Below the pieces are notes generated by a model, which was not told where the DNA came from, ran no database searches, and saw nothing but the letters and a program-made list of their open reading frames with translations. The translations under genes were made by a program, and so were the position numbers. From contig JAISHB010000096.1 in NCBI GenBank assembly GCA_031262785.1, forward strand, positions 8,604 through 72,603: DNA of 64,000 nt, written 5' to 3'. Shown here piece after piece: positions 59,781-64,000 of this stretch (its first letter is position 1; each line of letters begins with the position of its first letter). This DNA comes from Prevotellaceae bacterium. GTDB lineage: Bacteria; Bacteroidota; Bacteroidia; Bacteroidales; Bacteroidaceae.

Positions 59781-60695
59781 CTACTCATCACTCACCGTCT
59801 CGCACCGCTCGCCGGGCGTCTCCAGTTCCAGCGTCACGTGGCGGATGTTGCAATGTTCCATGCGGTGACGAATCTCGTGTTTGACCTGTTCGGCCTCCTG
59901 TTGTCCGTTGAGCACCACGTGTGCGGTCAGGGCATTCTCGGTGGTGCTGATCGCCCAGATGTGGATGTGATGTACGCTCTGTACCCCCGGGGCGCCGGCG
60001 ATGGCCTTCATCACTGCCGCGGGATGGATGCCCACGGGCACGCCGTCGAGCGTCAGGCGGATGCTCTCGTGCAGCAGGCTCCACGTGGAGAAGAGGATAA
60101 CCACGGCCACTACGATGCCGATAATCGGGTCGATGACATACCAGCCGGTGTAGCGGATGATGATGCCGCCGGCCAGCACACCCACCGAGACCAGCGCATC
60201 GGCGGCCATGTGCAGAAAAGCACCCCGCACGTTCAAGTCGCGCTTGCGCTCTCTCAGAAAGAGGAGCGCCGTGGCGGCATTGACCAGTACGCCGATGCCC
60301 GCCACCCACGCAATGGCATCGCCGGGCACCTCTTGGGGGCGGCTCAGCTTGTGCAGACTCTCGAGCAAGATGGCGCCCACGGCCACCAACAAAATCACGG
60401 CATTGAGCAGCGAGACTAAGATGGTGCTTTTCTTATAGCCGTAGGTGTAGTGCTCATTGGCCTTCACCTTGGCCAGGCGGAAGGCCAGCAAGGCCAGTAC
60501 CAAGCTGACCACGTCGCTCAGGTTGTGTCCGGCGTCGGAGAGCAAGGCCAGCGAGTTGAACCAGAAACCGGCCGCAAACTCGGCCACTACAAAGACGATG
60601 TTCAGTCCGATGCCCGCCAGAAAAGCCCGGTTGAGCGATTCTTGTTGCGGCAGCGTGTGCACGTGTGCATGTGCATGATGATGTTCGTGTGTCAT
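59781..60695 (-). CDS. cation diffusion facilitator (CzcD/ZitB-like)
   Basis: His-rich N-terminus, SDAGHNLSD, AFLHMAAD, HHIHIW. Confidence 0.95.
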   Translation of the reverse strand: MTHEHHHAHAHVHTLPQQESLNRAFLAGIGLNIVFVVAEFAAGFWFNSLALLSDAGHNLSDVVSLVLALLAFRLAKVKANEHYTYGYKKSTILVSLLNAVILLVAVGAILLESLHKLSRPQEVPGDAIAWVAGIGVLVNAATALLFLRERKRDLNVRGAFLHMAADALVSVGVLAGGIIIRYTGWYVIDPIIGIVVAVVILFSTWSLLHESIRLTLDGVPVGIHPAAVMKAIAGAPGVQSVHHIHIWAISTTENALTAHVVLNGQQEAEQVKHEIRHRMEHCNIRHVTLELETPGERCETVSDE

Positions 60696-60764
60696 ACTCG
60701 AAACAGTTTAAACCATGGATTGCGAGGCAAAAGTAGCCAAATAAATAGATACCTTTGCGCCGTT

Positions 60765-61589
60765 ATGAAATCATTTCTTCTTTTCCTACTCTTTGCACTG
60801 CCCTCCTGCGCCCGGTTGCAGGCGCAGAGCTACGACGAGCTTTGCCAGCGTGCCGCCCGCTACGCCGCCCACGACAGTTTGCCACAAGCCGAGGCGTGCA
60901 TCCGTCAAGCCCTCCGGGCAGAGCCGGCCAATGCCGGCAACGTACTGCTCTTCTCGAACCTGGGCACGCTGCAACGGCGGCAGGGCAAGATGGACGAGGC
61001 GCTGGAGTCGTACACCTATGCCCTGAACATCGCGCCCCGTTCGGTACCGATTCTGATGAATCGCGCCACCCTCTTGCTCGAGATGGGACAAGACGAGCGC
61101 GCACGCATCGACTACTCGCTGGTGCTCGATCTGGATGCCACCAACACCGAGGCGCTGCTGATGCGCGCCTACATCTACACCCGCGAGCGCAACTACGCCT
61201 TTGCCCGTTCCGACTACCAGCGGCTGCTCCGCATCGACCCCACGCACTACAACGGTCGTCTGGGGCTGGCTACGCTCGAGCAGCGAACCGGCAACCTCTC
61301 TAAGGCCACAGACCTGCTCAGCGCGATGCTCCTGGAGCATCCCGACGATGCCACGCTCTACCTGGCACGTGCCGATGTGGAGCTGGACATGGAGCAGCCC
61401 GATGCCGCCCTGCTCGACGTCGAAGAGTCGATTAAACGCAACCCCGACCGACCGGAAGCCTACGTGTTGCGCGGGCGGATTCTGCTGGGGCGCGGACAAA
61501 AAAAAGCAGCCCGCTCCTCGTTGGAGCAGGCTGTCTCTTTGGGTGCCGCACGAGCCGATTTGCTCGAATGGTTGAGTCAGTGTAAGTGA
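60765..61589 (+). CDS. secreted TPR protein
   Basis: signal peptide then about seven TPR motifs. Confidence 0.88.
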   Translation: MKSFLLFLLFALPSCARLQAQSYDELCQRAARYAAHDSLPQAEACIRQALRAEPANAGNVLLFSNLGTLQRRQGKMDEALESYTYALNIAPRSVPILMNRATLLLEMGQDERARIDYSLVLDLDATNTEALLMRAYIYTRERNYAFARSDYQRLLRIDPTHYNGRLGLATLEQRTGNLSKATDLLSAMLLEHPDDATLYLARADVELDMEQPDAALLDVEESIKRNPDRPEAYVLRGRILLGRGQKKAARSSLEQAVSLGAARADLLEWLSQCK

Positions 61590-61590
61590 C

Positions 61591-62367
61591 TCAACCCTGC
61601 GGGGGTTCCTCTTCGCCCCCGTCGTTGTTATTGCCGGAGTCTCCTCCGCCGTTGATTTCCACGCCGTGTTTATGCAACACTTGCTGCTTGAGACGGTTGA
61701 GTTCGACGTTCATGAAGTTGACGAACGCGGCAACTGTTTCTCCACCATCTTGTGCAATCAACCCGTTGATGCTCTTGCGCAGACGGGTAAATACCTCGTC
61801 GGTGGCGGCGCGCGCTTTGACTGTGGCACCGGTGGTGAGCTGGCTCTTGCCCTTGGTGCGCTCGTCGAGCAGCTGGATAAACCGATTGTTGTGGGTGCGT
61901 AGCGCCTTGAGGTGGGTGGTTAGCCCCAGACGGGCAAACTCGGTGGTGTATTTACGCTCGGCGTCGTTGAGTAGATTCTCCATCAGACCGGTTTTGCGGT
62001 CGTACTGATCGGAGATTTTAATGTGATAGTTGCCGATGAGCAACTCTACGGATTCGGCCGCCTGACGCTCCGATTCCCCCGCATTCTTCAGATTGATTTT
62101 TACGGTGTTCCGAATAAAGGTATATTCGGCGTTGCGGTCGTCGTCGGCCTGTTTGATTTGGTCGGTAAGCGGATCTTTCTGCGGCGTCTTGAGCACCTGT
62201 TCTTCCGCTTGTACGGCGGTATCCAACTCACCCACCAACGTGCGAACCAATTTCATCACACCGGCATCGCTTTTGGCGGCCTCCACGGTGGTTTTCATCA
62301 GCTCGTAATGCGTCGGATTGTCTAAGTGATGCGTTTGAATACCTTGAATTTCGTCGTTTTCGTACAT
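61591..62367 (-). CDS. DUF6261-like protein; paralog of 34353..35132
   Basis: LDNPTH.ELM, AVQAEE.VL..PQK.PLTDQIK.AD, ELNRLKQQVLH and EEEPPQG shared with the paralog. Confidence 0.7.
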   Translation of the reverse strand: MYENDEIQGIQTHHLDNPTHYELMKTTVEAAKSDAGVMKLVRTLVGELDTAVQAEEQVLKTPQKDPLTDQIKQADDDRNAEYTFIRNTVKINLKNAGESERQAAESVELLIGNYHIKISDQYDRKTGLMENLLNDAERKYTTEFARLGLTTHLKALRTHNNRFIQLLDERTKGKSQLTTGATVKARAATDEVFTRLRKSINGLIAQDGGETVAAFVNFMNVELNRLKQQVLHKHGVEINGGGDSGNNNDGGEEEPPQG

Positions 62368-62535
62368 GAACATTAGTTTTATAAATGAAGTTAAGTGGCA
62401 GGAAGTCTTCAGATAGGCTTCCCTTTGCATTAACGGCGGCAAAAGTAGGTAAAACCAACTAATCCCGAATAGAGGTACGACTCTTTTTAAACATTAATAA
62501 CCTTTTCCCGCTGCCGGAAATTTCGTTTTCAGACA

Positions 62536-62646
62536 AAAGTCATTCATCTCCGCGGAGATAAGTTACTCCGTCCTCAGAAAGTGACATCCCTCCACGGAGA
62601 TAAGTTACTCCGTCCTCATAAAGTGACATCCCTCCGCGGAGATAAC
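62536..62646. repeat. 42-bp tandem array, about 2.7 units, with an internal CTCCGCGGAG palindrome
   Basis: GGAGATAA at 62554, 62596, 62638. Confidence 0.9.
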
Positions 62647-62814
62647 TTTGTTTTTATCCAAAAGCAGGCTTTTTCCGGCCAGGAAACCCCTGTTTTCACC
62701 AGAAATGCTGCATTCTTCATGCATCATTCGTCATTTTCCCCTATCTTTGTGCCGATTTATCGCCTTAACAAGGCATTTTATAGTATAAACGACTTAATTT
62801 TAAATTATTCCCGT

Positions 62815-64000
62815 ATGAAACAGAAATCCCCCTATCAGGCTCCCTCTATCGACCTGTTGAAGATGGAGGGCGAAGGCGTCATCGCCGCCAGCACCCAAGA
62901 CTTTGGCGCGGGCAAACGCTACGACCTCGGGCAAGACACGCCCCAATCTCTCACTCGCGGACTCTTCCGTTTTGCCAAGAACCTGCTGCCACTGGTGGCC
63001 GCCCTATGGTTGCTCCCTGCCTGCAGCAGCGACGACGAACCACAGGTGGCCCCCGTTGGGGGCAAAATCACCCTGACCGTCACCGCCGGGACGGCCGACA
63101 CCCGCACGCTCTACACCGACCCGGACGACGAAACGATGACGGTGACGTGGAACAACAATAGCGAAAACATCGGCGTGGTTCGCTACCAAGGCACCACGCC
63201 GATGGCGGGAAATGAAATGACGCTGAAACCTTTCGTACTCACCGGCACCGGCACGGGCACCAAAGCCATGACCTTCACCGGAAGCCTCATCGCCAGCACG
63301 GGCACGCTGGCCAATCACTACAACTACTATTATCCGGTAGATCCCGATGGGTGGGTGGATGAACCCACCGCCCCGCGTACGTTTGTGAATCGATCCTCCA
63401 ACTCCTCCTACTTTGGCACAAACGAATTTCCTCAATCGGTTGCCAACCCCACCGCCCATCTGGTCAACTACGAAGTGATGTACACCCCCGCGGCTGTGTT
63501 AACCCAAACCGGCAGCACCACTTCCACGGCGGGCAGCAACATCGTGTTTAAGCACGCCAACGCCCTGCTGCGTTTCGATCTCACGTTGCCCGAGGCACTC
63601 ACCGTGAAGGCGCTGGTACTCTATGCCGCCGACGGTTCCACGCCTTTCTCCGAGAACACCGTGTTGACCTTCAACGACGAGGCCACGGGCAGCGTAACGG
63701 TTTCGACCGACGGCACCAGCGGGCAGCTCTACCTGCCCATTGACGCCTACACGCCCAGCACTACGCTGAAAGCCTACATGATGGTCTCCCCCGTGGCCGA
63801 CCTGGCAGGCAAAAAGCTCCGCATAGTGGCCAGCACGGCCGACGGCACGCACTATCAGAGCGCCGAATTCACCACCGGCAACCAGCTCACCGGCGCCGCC
63901 GATGACGACTGTCTGGGCGGCGGCTTGGTCTACACCTTCGCCAAGACATTGACCAAAGCGGATGCTCCCCTGTTTGCCGGCAGCAACATCTATTGGAATG
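62815..64000 (+). CDS. Mfa/fimbrillin-type pilin lipoprotein with a long N-terminal extension (runs off right edge)
   Basis: frame open from ATG 62815 to the window end; lipobox LPAC at residue 70; TRTLYTD..MTVTWN and ALLRF shared with 18002..20182; TATCTTTG at 62742..62749. Confidence 0.85.
   Translation, partial: MKQKSPYQAPSIDLLKMEGEGVIAASTQDFGAGKRYDLGQDTPQSLTRGLFRFAKNLLPLVAALWLLPACSSDDEPQVAPVGGKITLTVTAGTADTRTLYTDPDDETMTVTWNNNSENIGVVRYQGTTPMAGNEMTLKPFVLTGTGTGTKAMTFTGSLIASTGTLANHYNYYYPVDPDGWVDEPTAPRTFVNRSSNSSYFGTNEFPQSVANPTAHLVNYEVMYTPAAVLTQTGSTTSTAGSNIVFKHANALLRFDLTLPEALTVKALVLYAADGSTPFSENTVLTFNDEATGSVTVSTDGTSGQLYLPIDAYTPSTTLKAYMMVSPVADLAGKKLRIVASTADGTHYQSAEFTTGNQLTGAADDDCLGGGLVYTFAKTLTKADAPLFAGSNIYWN

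Overview
Chromosomal segment of a Bacteroidales (Bacteroides/Phocaeicola-like) bacterium, judged from gene content and TAnnTTTG -7 promoter boxes in front of most operons. Core genes: yceD-like/rpmF/fabH/era/der, dinB, rfbA/rfbB, topA, tRNA-Pro(CGG), mgtA, argR-GNAT-argG-argC-argD-proC, cydAB, ispF, ppk1. Accessory content: tandem MG2/plug-like paralogs, four membrane-anchored AraC regulators in A-B-A-B order, an AAA+PD-(D/E)XK protein, two Mfa/fimbrillin-type pilins, a Sel1-repeat protein, two DUF6261-like paralogs and two TA-like modules whose second genes look internally deleted. The most striking unexplained signal is non-coding: seven intergenic tandem arrays. Four have unrelated sequences but an exact 42-bp period, one has a 41-bp period, and two are copies of one 23-bp element. 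Five of the seven sit between back-to-back promoters, and both DUF6261-like genes have their own 42-bp array just upstream. No CRISPR, transposase, integrase or reverse transcriptase was found. All family assignments come from motif recognition, not database searches.
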